The notes beneath the pieces were generated by a model. It saw only the letters and a list, made by a program, of their open reading frames with translations. It did no database searches and was not told where the DNA came from. A stretch of 64,000 nt of DNA, taken from the UHGV virus genome UHGV-1550212; one strand, 5' to 3'. Origin of the DNA: a virus. This document shows positions 38,652 through 47,797 of the stretch, piece after piece. Positions within the stretch are counted from its first letter, which is position 1. Each line of letters starts with the position of its first letter. The position numbers and the translations under genes are program-made.

Positions 38652-38709
38652 CACATCATCACAAAACAAGCCAGCAGAATTGTCTGCTGGCTTGTTTTGT
38701 GATGATGTG
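38652..38709. terminator. bidirectional terminator with a perfect 27-bp stem
   Basis: CACATCATCACAAAACAAGCCAGCAGA-ATTG-TCTGCTGGCTTGTTTTGTGATGATGTG, between the convergent terL (stop 38644) and DHFR (stop 38713). Confidence 0.8.
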
Positions 38710-38712
38710 CTG

Positions 38713-39216
38713 TCATCGTTTTCGATGGAAGACTTTGAATTTGTATCGTAACGTTCTGTCATTATCTGTGCATGTGTATAGTGCAGACTCAGATTTTTTA
38801 GTCCACATTCGCCAATTGACTGCAGGAAATCGAACGTCGCCTTCAGCATAATTGTCAATCATCGTCAAGTACATTCTGTCTGCATAAATCATTGCTTCTT
38901 CAAACAACTTAGAACCGCCGATGATAAACATGTTAGACGCAAATGCAGACTTGCAATATGCTATTGCATTGGCTAGCGTGCTAAATACGAAATAGTCGCT
39001 TGTTGGCTGCAATGTAGAGCTTATAACAATGTTAATTCTGTCGGGCAAGGGCTTGCAATTCATCGACTCAAAAGTCTTACGACCCATGATGACAATGTGA
39101 TTCTTTGTGAGTTTCTTGAAGTGCTGCAAGTCATGTGGAATATGCCAGGGCAAATCACCATTGCGACCTATGACATTGTTATTTGATACTGCTGCTATGA
39201 TATTGATGTATTGCAT
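38713..39216 (-). CDS. folA: dihydrofolate reductase (167 aa)
   Basis: The N-terminal IAAVSNNNVIGRNGDLPWHIPHDLQHFKKLT...IVIMGRKTFES segment is the DHFR signature. Confidence 0.9.
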   Translation of the reverse strand: MQYINIIAAVSNNNVIGRNGDLPWHIPHDLQHFKKLTKNHIVIMGRKTFESMNCKPLPDRINIVISSTLQPTSDYFVFSTLANAIAYCKSAFASNMFIIGGSKLFEEAMIYADRMYLTMIDNYAEGDVRFPAVNWRMWTKKSESALYTCTDNDRTLRYKFKVFHRKR

Positions 39217-39231
39217 TGTTGATGAAGTTGT

Positions 39232-39537
39232 TTATAATGAGTCAGACACTACAGATGCATATTGCAAGACCTGTTTGCGAATATCACTGCCAATCAGTCG
39301 TTCATACTGCAGACGCAGTTTTGTAACTGTCATATTATCTGGCAGTTCTTTGATTTTGATGAACACACCAGCTCTATGACCTTTATCGATGTAGCCGCAT
39401 TTTTCACACATATTGCGCAAATTGTCGACGTATGACTCTTTGTCATTGACTGCAGATAGCATTTGCTGTCTGCTAAATGAATCGCCAATTGCAATTGATG
39501 CTATGAATTGTTTGAATGAATCCCAAGCAGTCATCAC
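39232..39537 (-). CDS. hypothetical protein (101 aa)
   Basis: ATG ORF with a 4-nt overlap onto the upstream gene. Confidence 0.6.
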   Translation of the reverse strand: MMTAWDSFKQFIASIAIGDSFSRQQMLSAVNDKESYVDNLRNMCEKCGYIDKGHRAGVFIKIKELPDNMTVTKLRLQYERLIGSDIRKQVLQYASVVSDSL

Positions 39538-39989
39538 ATATTTGACTTATAAGTTTCACAGCGTTTCCAATCTGTTGCAGACTTCAAGCCCTTCAAGTAT
39601 TCTACATACATTGGGTGCTCCCATGCAGGGTCATCAGTCACAGCAACATAGCCTTTGCTATGCTTATCTTTGTCAATAAGCATCTCTGCGTATTTTGGTG
39701 CAAGCAGTCGTTTGTTTGCAGCCCAAGCAAAATGACATTTGACAAAGTGCCGCGTAATTCTTGTGTATGCTGCTTTGACAGACTTTAGCATATCAGGGTC
39801 TGCAATGACATCTGACAAATTCTGTGGTGCTGCAGCAATGAAAACTGCTTCACAGTCTTTGTGCTTTGCCGCAATTTGCTGCAGCAAGTCTTCATGTGAA
39901 TTGAGATGCAGAATCGTCGAACAGATGACCACGATATCTGTTGCAGGTTCGATTCGCTTTGCTTGTTCTTTAAGAGATGGTTGTTCCAT
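39534..39989 (-). CDS. hypothetical protein (151 aa)
   Basis: ATG ORF in the operon. Confidence 0.6.
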   Translation of the reverse strand: MEQPSLKEQAKRIEPATDIVVICSTILHLNSHEDLLQQIAAKHKDCEAVFIAAAPQNLSDVIADPDMLKSVKAAYTRITRHFVKCHFAWAANKRLLAPKYAEMLIDKDKHSKGYVAVTDDPAWEHPMYVEYLKGLKSATDWKRCETYKSNM

Positions 39990-39995
39990 GTTGTG

Positions 39996-40250
39996 TCAGA
40001 TTTTGATATGTCGTAGCAAAATTTTATGCAAATTCAACAATGATTGCGCTGCATATGCTGTATTTGGTTGAAGCTCTTTGCAGTTGTCGCATTTCAATGA
40101 CAGTTCAGTTATTTGAGCATCTGTGTCAATGTCAATTGCAGTTTGGCAAACTACACATTGCCATTTAAGTGTATGTGTATGCAAGTTGTTTACGAACAAC
40201 GTAGAGCCAAACTTGTCTTGCCAGTCTTCTGCGCATTTTGGATGAAACAT
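39996..40250 (-). CDS. hypothetical zinc-ribbon protein (84 aa)
   Basis: ATG 40250 is preferred because the tracked start is TTG. Contains CVVC...CDNC cysteine pairs. Confidence 0.55.
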   Translation of the reverse strand: MFHPKCAEDWQDKFGSTLFVNNLHTHTLKWQCVVCQTAIDIDTDAQITELSLKCDNCKELQPNTAYAAQSLLNLHKILLRHIKI

Positions 40251-40252
40251 TG

Positions 40253-41254
40253 TCAATGAGCCCAGTTAAGCCATACGTCATCAATTGATTGCGTAGTATA
40301 TTCACAATCATACAAAAAATCTACAAGAGCATCATAATTGCGTCTGCCCCATAATTTGTGCTTCAGACTGCCGATTTCTTCGTCTTTCTTGTAATTGTTG
40401 TAGATTCGTTCAAGCATTGCTGAAGAACCTGCTTTTGTGTCATATTCTGCCTCAAACAAACAGCCACAACTTGCTTTCTTTACAATTATGCGGTCATACA
40501 TTGACACTACTGCTCTCAAAATGCTCTTTGACTGCAATCGTAGCGTGTCAAGTTTATTGCATTGAGACTCCCATTTTTTGTACAACGTGTTGAATGATGG
40601 ATTGTCAAGTAGCTTGTCTGCAATTGCATACGCAAATGACATTGCATGCCAATCATCTGTTCTGAAGTCCTCTGTGTTATGCTTGTTGTAATAGGCGCCA
40701 GTCGGTGCACAGCCAATAAACGCTTCAAGCTGTCCAGCATCATTTCGCAATATACGCAATGAATGCTTGTTAAAGAATGACACCCATATGCGATTGTGCG
40801 CAACTATCACAGAATACTTGTTTTCGCATTTTGCAGCAGCATCACTTATTGAACGACAATCAATTTGCTTGCAAATTGATGTTATGAATGCTGCAAACTC
40901 TTCATGCTTCTTGAGCTTGTTTTGCGTGACGTCATACAGATGTAGCAGTCCATTGACAACAGAGTCAAGCTTAGCTTCGTCAGATTCAAAACTGCCAAAT
41001 GTTTCAAAGACTCGCATCTCTTTGTCAACAAGTGTTTCTACAATTGCATCAATATCTTTGCTAAGTAGTGTTTTGGGTTCTAACGTTGCATGCATAAATG
41101 TCAATTGAAGCAATGCATTTGCAGTTTGCTCAGACAACACATCATTTGCACGTGCAATGTCGATTGCAGCTTTAAGTTCTGTTCGTTTGACTTCAAAATA
41201 TCGTTGCAGCTGTAGTTTAAGTTGCTGAGAGTAGACGTTATTTGGTCTGAGCAT
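40253..41254 (-). CDS. hypothetical protein (333 aa)
   Basis: Long ATG ORF. Confidence 0.7.
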   Translation of the reverse strand: MLRPNNVYSQQLKLQLQRYFEVKRTELKAAIDIARANDVLSEQTANALLQLTFMHATLEPKTLLSKDIDAIVETLVDKEMRVFETFGSFESDEAKLDSVVNGLLHLYDVTQNKLKKHEEFAAFITSICKQIDCRSISDAAAKCENKYSVIVAHNRIWVSFFNKHSLRILRNDAGQLEAFIGCAPTGAYYNKHNTEDFRTDDWHAMSFAYAIADKLLDNPSFNTLYKKWESQCNKLDTLRLQSKSILRAVVSMYDRIIVKKASCGCLFEAEYDTKAGSSAMLERIYNNYKKDEEIGSLKHKLWGRRNYDALVDFLYDCEYTTQSIDDVWLNWAH

Positions 41255-41363
41255 ATTTGGGACGGATTCTTGTCTTTACTTTACTATATGAAAATTGTAC
41301 CACAAGTTGTCAAGTTTTGCTAACTTTGACGACTTGTGGTACGTCTGTTTTGTACATATGCAG

Positions 41364-41732
41364 TTATTTGATTGCACGTTCAAACATTCTGCAGCACCAG
41401 TCTTTATATGCAGGATTGCCCTTGACATCTGCTCGGAATGCGCAGTTGATAAGAGTCTTCTCCTCATTAACAAAGCATGCATAACGGCAGTTTGCGCAAC
41501 AACGAGCATCTTCTTGTTTTGTGCAAAATGCTGCACATGTCATGTCATCTTCTGTGTTGCGAATTGTTTTTGTTGGCGTGTACTCATAAGTGCACTGACA
41601 AATGCCATTATGCTCACGATGAAAGAAGCAATTTTTGCAAATATGTGCAACTTCTTCAACTGGTGCTGATGCTGCATATGTTTGTTCTTGCTCTACTGCA
41701 GACTGTGCAGCAACTTTAGTCTTTTTTGCCAT
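41364..41732 (-). CDS. Cys-rich hypothetical protein (122 aa)
   Basis: Starts at ATG 41732 (MAKKTKV...), and the upstream tracked part is translated tandem repeat. Contains two C-x-N-C modules (CKNCFFH, CCANCRYAC). Confidence 0.6.
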   Translation of the reverse strand: MAKKTKVAAQSAVEQEQTYAASAPVEEVAHICKNCFFHREHNGICQCTYEYTPTKTIRNTEDDMTCAAFCTKQEDARCCANCRYACFVNEEKTLINCAFRADVKGNPAYKDWCCRMFERAIK

Positions 41733-41759
41733 TGTATCAAATATTTGTATTTGTAAGTT

Positions 41760-41833
41760 GTTTTGATGCAAAATGCAAAACAATATAAAATTGTTTTGAT
41801 GCAAAATGCAAAACAATATAAAATTGTTTTGAT
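41760..41833 (-). repeat. tandem array with 2.25 copies of a 33-bp unit carrying the same core (minus sense GTTTTGCATTTTGCATCAAAAC)
   Basis: The copies at 41760-41792 and 41793-41825 are identical. The array lies about 27 nt upstream of ATG 41732. Confidence 0.9.
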
Positions 41834-41835
41834 AT

Positions 41836-43740
41836 CTACAAAGATTTGAACAATTCCTCGTATGTTACAATTTTCTTGCCTTTTGCAAGTGCTGCTTTCA
41901 TTTTGTTCGACAGCTTGTTGACATCATTTGTGACAACATAGTCACATGCATCAATGTTTGCACCGACATCTTCAAGCTTACCATTTGCTGCATCAATAAA
42001 TGCGCCTTTTGTAGCCCAAGTAGGCTTAGGCGAGCCCGTCATGACAACTTTGATTGCTGCATCATTTGTAGACGTCTCTTTATGCATTTCATTAAACATT
42101 ACGAAGCATTGCGGAAAATGCTTGAGCAATCTTTGTATGACATTCAGCTTTATGAGCTTGTCAATTGGCTCCATGCTCAAGCCCTTAAAGTCATACTGAC
42201 AATTGCTGAAGTATGCAGATAACTGATACGCTGCTTTGCTGCCAAGACCAGGAATCTGCATGCATTCAATGAAATGCGATAAGTAAATGCTACTGAAGCG
42301 TTCACGTAAGCCTGCAATGACTGTACGGTCATTTTTGCTGTTTGTGTCAAACTGCAGCAGCTCAAACAGTCGTTCATTGTCAACTTCTTGCACAATGCAG
42401 AACAAGTCTTCAATTGTGGGCGCATCAGAGAATGTCAACATGACATCAAGATTGTCTTGTGCAATAAGCAAAGCCTCGCAAATTTTCGTAGCATAAACCC
42501 AACCAAGCCCATCGATGTTAAGCTTGCAAACGCCTTTGATAAACCTCGTGCATCTTGCAAATTCCTCAGGCATCATCAAGTGAATGCCATCGACATATGC
42601 ATGTACAGGAATGTCAGCTTTGCTGATATCACCAGGTTCAATACATTCTTGAATGTCTGGAATAATGTCGCCGCCCTTTTCAATACGAACAAGAGCGCCA
42701 GGCCAAATGTCATTTGCATGCAAAAAGCCATAGTGAAATGCTGAAGCTGCTTTTACTGTAGTGCCATCAAGCTCAACAGGCTCAAGTTCAACTCTCGGAA
42801 AAAGCTCACCATTGATTCGCTGACGCCAATCAATTCTAGTCACTCGAGTTACAGCAGACATTGCATCAAGCTTCAATGCAACCATGTTTGCGTATTCTGC
42901 TGCATTTGCAAACTGCTGCTCAATCCACAAGTCATCTGCAAAAGGCTTGACTACAATGCCATCAATGCGATATTTGAATTCTGGGCGTTCATTAGCAATT
43001 TTTGTGCAAGTTTCTGCAAACTCATTGTAATCAGTGACTTCAAAGACTTCTGCAATGAATTCTGCAGGCCAGCCAACTTTAGCAAGAGCATCTGCAGGAT
43101 TGGTTTGCTCATATGTTTTGCCATCAAGTGTGTCAGTCAACATGTATGCCATAGGGTCAATGTCTTCCATGCCACACATATCTAATGACTTCACAAATGC
43201 CGCAGCAGTATTACGCTCATTTTTGTATTTAACTGAGCCATCAGAGTTGAAGTGATACTTTTGTGCAAAAATGTCTTTTGCAATGACAGCTTCAAAGCGA
43301 ATCTGATATGGCTGTTCTGCTGCAGCAAGCTGCATCGGCACTTTGCCTGCTACAACAAATTTGCGCGTGACATCATAGCCCGTATAGCCATCACCACGAG
43401 TAACAACTTTTAGCAATCTGCCATCAGTGTCGTAATGTGCTTCACAGCCCATGCCGTCATACTTGTGCATAAGTAACATTTTATAACCAACAATGTTGCA
43501 CACAATATCATGCAATGTGGTTGTAAACTGTGACTTTGTGTGAATTGCAGCAAGACTTAATGCAGGTGTAAGATGCTTAACTTCTTGCTTGTTTGACTCT
43601 TCAAAACGAATCTTATGTTTAATGTCATCATTTGCAAGAAGCTGCTGTTCAAGAGCATCAAATGCATCATCAGACATTATCGGATTGCCCGCATAATATG
43701 CAGCTATAGCGTCATGGTACGTATTGAGCATGTCAGTCAT
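41836..43740 (-). CDS. ligA: NAD-dependent DNA ligase (634 aa)
   Basis: The N-terminal YYAGNPIMSDDAFDALEQQL is Ia-domain-like. The adenylation-site context is HKYDGMG (KxDG). The C-terminus is BRCT-like (VVMTGS...DYVVTND...KGKKIVTYEELF). Confidence 0.8.
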   Translation of the reverse strand: MTDMLNTYHDAIAAYYAGNPIMSDDAFDALEQQLLANDDIKHKIRFEESNKQEVKHLTPALSLAAIHTKSQFTTTLHDIVCNIVGYKMLLMHKYDGMGCEAHYDTDGRLLKVVTRGDGYTGYDVTRKFVVAGKVPMQLAAAEQPYQIRFEAVIAKDIFAQKYHFNSDGSVKYKNERNTAAAFVKSLDMCGMEDIDPMAYMLTDTLDGKTYEQTNPADALAKVGWPAEFIAEVFEVTDYNEFAETCTKIANERPEFKYRIDGIVVKPFADDLWIEQQFANAAEYANMVALKLDAMSAVTRVTRIDWRQRINGELFPRVELEPVELDGTTVKAASAFHYGFLHANDIWPGALVRIEKGGDIIPDIQECIEPGDISKADIPVHAYVDGIHLMMPEEFARCTRFIKGVCKLNIDGLGWVYATKICEALLIAQDNLDVMLTFSDAPTIEDLFCIVQEVDNERLFELLQFDTNSKNDRTVIAGLRERFSSIYLSHFIECMQIPGLGSKAAYQLSAYFSNCQYDFKGLSMEPIDKLIKLNVIQRLLKHFPQCFVMFNEMHKETSTNDAAIKVVMTGSPKPTWATKGAFIDAANGKLEDVGANIDACDYVVTNDVNKLSNKMKAALAKGKKIVTYEELFKSL

Positions 43741-43972
43741 CGTCTTCTTCTGTTAAATCATTTTCTTCTACCAATGTGTCGGTTGTGTCAATATCTGGAA
43801 ATTCGTAGTTGTTAGGTCGTTTTACGCTAATGTCATGCAAATGCTTCATAAGTTTATCACGAGTCATAAAGAACGTGTTATTATTATCATTTGCATACAT
43901 TAAGGGTTTTGCTGTAGATTCATATGTAGTTGCCGTGCATACATACAACGGCGAGCCATTCAGTGTTGGCAT
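43733..43972 (-). CDS. hypothetical acidic small protein (79 aa)
   Basis: ATG ORF with an 8-nt overlap onto ligA. Confidence 0.5.
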   Translation of the reverse strand: MPTLNGSPLYVCTATTYESTAKPLMYANDNNNTFFMTRDKLMKHLHDISVKRPNNYEFPDIDTTDTLVEENDLTEEDDD

Positions 43973-43973
43973 T

Positions 43974-44417
43974 TCATTGCAATTGTTTTTGATACGCTAT
44001 CAATTCATTAAGCAATTCATCTGCATGACATTGAACAAGCAGTTGCCACGTTTTTGAATCAATGCCCTCAGTTTGCATATACAAGTCTACTACTCGTTTG
44101 TCAAACTTGTTTATTGCATCTACAGTAGCATTACTTGCAGGTTTGTCAACTTTCTTACCGCTGATAAAAGACCATTTTGGCTGTCTTGCATTACCAAGTT
44201 CTCTATGATAAGCATTCATAACTTGTGTCATGTCCATACCGAGTTTGTTGAATGCTTGAGCAATCTGCGGAAAGGCTATGGCAACATTGCGATTTGTCAT
44301 GAATGCATTGTCTGCTTTTTGTTTTGCAGTCAACTTATCATAATCGCTATCACGAACATACAATAGCTCCTTGAATTTGAAGAAGTCTACTTTTTGTGTG
44401 ATGAATTGTTCTGCCAT
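43974..44417 (-). CDS. hypothetical protein (147 aa)
   Basis: ATG ORF directly downstream of the conserved promoter-like motif 44431-44472. Confidence 0.65.
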   Translation of the reverse strand: MAEQFITQKVDFFKFKELLYVRDSDYDKLTAKQKADNAFMTNRNVAIAFPQIAQAFNKLGMDMTQVMNAYHRELGNARQPKWSFISGKKVDKPASNATVDAINKFDKRVVDLYMQTEGIDSKTWQLLVQCHADELLNELIAYQKQLQ

Positions 44418-44430
44418 TGAAGTTTATTGT

Positions 44431-44472
44431 TATATAGTGATATAGTACAACAAAAATCTCAAATTTGCACAC
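44431..44472 (-). promoter_or_regulatory. early/middle-type promoter-like motif (minus sense GTGTGCAAATTTGAGATTTTTGTTGTACTATATCACTATATA)
   Basis: One of seven similar elements of about 40 bp. It lies 14 nt upstream of ATG 44417. Confidence 0.45.
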
Positions 44473-44996
44473 TATGATGGCTTTTTGTCATCAAATTTGA
44501 AAATGACTGGCATTGCAGAATCAGGCTTTATGTCGCCTTTGCTAACTGCGTCATTTAAGCATTCTACAATCTTTTTGCCAAAGTCTTTTACTTCTGCAGG
44601 AATTTTCTCATATGGCACATTTGATGACAATTGGGGCTCGTTTTGTTGATGCTCATTTTGTTGAAGCTCTGCTGTTTCAGATAGCTGCTTGTCAATTCGA
44701 GTACACATCAATTCATCACGTGCATCAATAAATTCTTGAATTGCTTGCAGCTGCTCAATGCTGCATATGACAACACATTGCAATAAGTTTGATGCATCAT
44801 AGAATGACATGCCAACAATTCGTGTAGTGTCATAATCGAATGCACATGAAGATTGCGCATAATCGATGTCTTTCAATGTATCCATAAACGACATTGATAA
44901 GTCTTCAATACCTGATACATCTGCAATGCTGAACACAAATTGTGTGCTGCCAACGCATTCATGCTTATCTGAAAATATGAGCTTATCTACTGTCAT
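44472..44996 (-). CDS. hypothetical protein (174 aa)
   Basis: ATG ORF. Confidence 0.6.
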   Translation of the reverse strand: MTVDKLIFSDKHECVGSTQFVFSIADVSGIEDLSMSFMDTLKDIDYAQSSCAFDYDTTRIVGMSFYDASNLLQCVVICSIEQLQAIQEFIDARDELMCTRIDKQLSETAELQQNEHQQNEPQLSSNVPYEKIPAEVKDFGKKIVECLNDAVSKGDIKPDSAMPVIFKFDDKKPS

Positions 44997-45208
44997 TTCG
45001 TAGTTACTTTTGTGATGATGCCCTTTGCAAGCATCTTTTTGTATGTGTCATAGCCGATAATGTCAATTGTTGTGTCGTTTACTCGCCGAACAATCAACTC
45101 TGCTTTATCTGCAGCAGACATGATGTTATCTGCAGCTTCTTTGTTTGCAGTGATAGCAGACCACTTACCATTACCGAGCTTAGTTATGTTTGCTTTGATT
45201 GATGTCAT
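44993..45208 (-). CDS. hypothetical protein (71 aa)
   Basis: ATG ORF with a 4-nt overlap. Confidence 0.55.
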   Translation of the reverse strand: MTSIKANITKLGNGKWSAITANKEAADNIMSAADKAELIVRRVNDTTIDIIGYDTYKKMLAKGIITKVTTK

Positions 45209-45213
45209 TGTTG

Positions 45214-46557
45214 TCAGAATTGAAACATGTTGTTGATAAACGTATCGCCAAACTGCGCATCTGCAGCTTTTGACGTTATGTCATACGTTGCTGCATTGAT
45301 GCCGAGTGCAGTTATTGTTGATTGCGCATCTACAAGTTCATACACTTTGCAGCTTGGCTTTGTAATGTCTGTAAACGACATTGTGTACATGAAGTTTTCA
45401 AAGATATGTCTTGGTACTTCACGTGCATTCAAACATGCAAGTTGTCTATTTTCTGCAAATCGCGCCTTGAGCCATTCAAAGTCATCTGCAGGTACTGAGT
45501 CAACATTCATGAATGTCTTATATGCTGCAGTCAAAAACATTGCAATGACTTCGTCATCATACAAATCTTCACCAAGCATATATCGCATGCCAGGTTCCAA
45601 CTGTTTTGCATTGTCAGTTTCAATACCAAGAGACTTCAATGCATCGTAGATTTGGCCTACAGATAAATGCGACCAATTGTTGCCACGTTTCTTGAGCTTG
45701 CCAAACAATTCTGGGATGTTGTCACCAGCATCACCAAGCACAATCTTGTAAAACAAGAAACTTGGCACATGTTCATGAATCTCTGCATCAACATACTCAA
45801 GCAATGCTGCATATGGGTTGTCAAGAATGCGTGTTTTAACTTGAGCACCAGCAAAGCTGTCGAAGATGCTGCCGCCGACATTCTGCGACTTTTCACCAGC
45901 AAGTTCTTTGATGTGTTCAAGCACAAACTTGTCGCCCATCAGTACTCGAGACTTCTGCCACCCATTTGCTTTGCAGCCATTTTTGATGATTGCATATGCT
46001 GAACATGCGCCAGTGTATGTGTCAACACAAACACATTGAGTCAAGTCTTTGTCAGTGCCTTGATACAACACATTGCGGCCTTTTGACGTTGCATATCTGC
46101 TAAGCATGAAGATGACATCATCAGCTTCTGCTTCAGAAAGCTTAATGTGACGAATGCCATGCACTTCTTGCATCAACTTCAACCAGTCAAAGTATACACC
46201 ATAAACTTTGAGCCAGTTGATTGTCTGGTCATATGTTCGAGTGCCTTTGTAACCAGCATCTTCACCTTGTTCAAAGCCCTCTCTTGTCAAGTATTGATGC
46301 TTTGAGCGCCACAAATTCGACTTTTTGTCATCGACCGCAATGATGACATCATCAACAACATCTTCAAGTCTACGAAGCTCATTACAAAGGTCGAGCGTTA
46401 ACTTGGATATCAAAGACAGTCTTGATGCATTCTCATTCTTTTCGAATGACAAGTCTGTGCCTGATTTTGCTAATACTGGCACTCTGCTCTTCAACCACCA
46501 GCTTCCATCAATTACGTAGATGAACTTGTGATTATGAGTATTGTCAAGCTTTGTCAT
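45214..46557 (-). CDS. 5'-3' exonuclease / flap endonuclease (RNase H-like, 447 aa)
   Basis: Contains the PIN-like motifs VIDGSWW and SEAEADDVIF, and the H3TH-like motif LGDAGDNIPELFG. Confidence 0.8.
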   Translation of the reverse strand: MTKLDNTHNHKFIYVIDGSWWLKSRVPVLAKSGTDLSFEKNENASRLSLISKLTLDLCNELRRLEDVVDDVIIAVDDKKSNLWRSKHQYLTREGFEQGEDAGYKGTRTYDQTINWLKVYGVYFDWLKLMQEVHGIRHIKLSEAEADDVIFMLSRYATSKGRNVLYQGTDKDLTQCVCVDTYTGACSAYAIIKNGCKANGWQKSRVLMGDKFVLEHIKELAGEKSQNVGGSIFDSFAGAQVKTRILDNPYAALLEYVDAEIHEHVPSFLFYKIVLGDAGDNIPELFGKLKKRGNNWSHLSVGQIYDALKSLGIETDNAKQLEPGMRYMLGEDLYDDEVIAMFLTAAYKTFMNVDSVPADDFEWLKARFAENRQLACLNAREVPRHIFENFMYTMSFTDITKPSCKVYELVDAQSTITALGINAATYDITSKAADAQFGDTFINNMFQF

Positions 46558-46805
46558 TGTCTGAATGCTTTTGCAATTGCTGATGTTGAGAGCATTGGCA
46601 CACTACCATTTTTGAAGCGAGGCTTTTTGTTTGACAACGACCACTTTTGCTTATGCCACTTTGAGCAGTTTGTGCCACGATTTGTTACATCTGCGCCGGA
46701 CCTTGAGCACTTGAGTCGGAAATCTTGTGCAGATGTGCAGTGCTTCTTTATTGAATGCTGACAATTATAGCAGCATTTATCTTGTGGTGTCACTGGATAT
46801 CTCAT
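46554..46805 (-). CDS. Cys-rich hypothetical protein (83 aa)
   Basis: Starts at ATG 46805 (MRYPVTPQDKCCYNCQHS...), right after the upstream stop at 46807. Shares the CCxNC motif with 41364-41732. Confidence 0.5.
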   Translation of the reverse strand: MRYPVTPQDKCCYNCQHSIKKHCTSAQDFRLKCSRSGADVTNRGTNCSKWHKQKWSLSNKKPRFKNGSVPMLSTSAIAKAFRQ

Positions 46806-46806
46806 G

Positions 46807-47274
46807 TCATTCAATGATAAGCGTATGACCAACTTCTTTCGCAAATGACACAATGCAGCCAAACAATTGCGGGTCACACCAAGGCTTGATGAACTGCTGC
46901 CACCAGTGAACATCAGATGACACCATCATTTCTTTGACAAGGTCTTCCTTTTCCCTGTCAAGATATGCAATATCACCCAATGCAAACATTGACTTCAAGA
47001 TGTTATCATCACTCATGTCAAACTTGCCAAGCCCTTGTTCGTCAACTTTTCGTGCAACTTTTATTGCATCAGGCAGCTTGCATGCCCCATTTGCGCATAA
47101 ACATGCTGCAAGAATTACAAATGCAGGCTTCTTATCCTGTGCAAGTCTGTATGCCCAATTGCGTGTTGCAGGAAAGTTTGGTACCCTGATGTCTACACCT
47201 TGAGGCAGATTTGATTCTTTAACTGCTTTGAGCTTGGCATCACTGCCAACCATGCCCATCTTTATTTGTGTCAT
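46807..47274 (-). CDS. hypothetical protein (155 aa)
   Basis: ATG ORF. Confidence 0.6.
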   Translation of the reverse strand: MTQIKMGMVGSDAKLKAVKESNLPQGVDIRVPNFPATRNWAYRLAQDKKPAFVILAACLCANGACKLPDAIKVARKVDEQGLGKFDMSDDNILKSMFALGDIAYLDREKEDLVKEMMVSSDVHWWQQFIKPWCDPQLFGCIVSFAKEVGHTLIIE

Positions 47275-47277
47275 ATA

Positions 47278-47397
47278 TCAATCTTGGTCAAGAAATTGTT
47301 CTTCGTCATTTGACTGTTTCTTTGTCGACTCATCGACATTGTCTGCATCAAGCCATTTGTCATCTTGCTTGACTGTTCCAGTATCTGGTGCGTTCAT
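47278..47397 (-). CDS. hypothetical acidic mini-protein (39 aa)
   Basis: Hand-translated ATG ORF (MNAPDTGTVKQDDKWLDADNVDESTKKQSNDEEQFLDQD*) that exactly fills the 47275-47401 gap. It is below the ORF-track size cut-off. Confidence 0.35.
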   Translation of the reverse strand: MNAPDTGTVKQDDKWLDADNVDESTKKQSNDEEQFLDQD

Positions 47398-47401
47398 ATT
47401 G

Positions 47402-47797
47402 TCATCGGTTCTTTGAAAATGAAACTTGTGTTGATTGCTGTGGTCGTATATCGACAAACACTGAATCTACTGCGTCAAACTTAAGTGTCGCAAGTGAATC
47501 AATTGTCTGTCTTGCTTTTTGCAACTTGCGTGCTTTGATGCCTGATACTGTTGCAGACTTTTCAAGCAGATATGCATCACGAGGCGTCCAGTAACGAGCT
47601 TGCCAACGCATATGCATAGAGTCAACAATCAGATTTTCTGCTGCAGCGTCAATAATTGCCGCAGTTGATTGCTGAGTTGCATCAAGTCGTTGCTGCAACA
47701 CTGCTAATTGTTTTGTGTGCTGTTGCTGATGTTTGAATACTATGCTGATTGCTCCAAATAAGAGAAACCATGCAATAAACTGCAAAAATGACTTCAT
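47402..47797 (-). CDS. hypothetical membrane-anchored protein (131 aa)
   Basis: ATG ORF with an N-terminal TM helix (FIAWFLLFGAISIVF). Confidence 0.55.
   Translation of the reverse strand: MKSFLQFIAWFLLFGAISIVFKHQQQHTKQLAVLQQRLDATQQSTAAIIDAAAENLIVDSMHMRWQARYWTPRDAYLLEKSATVSGIKARKLQKARQTIDSLATLKFDAVDSVFVDIRPQQSTQVSFSKNR

Noticed and set aside
38648-38851. The small ORFs 38648-38851 (+) and 38492-38716 (-), which encode His/Cys-rich peptides.
   Set aside because: They are translations of the two arms of the 27-bp terminator hairpin and of the antisense strand of the DHFR gene.
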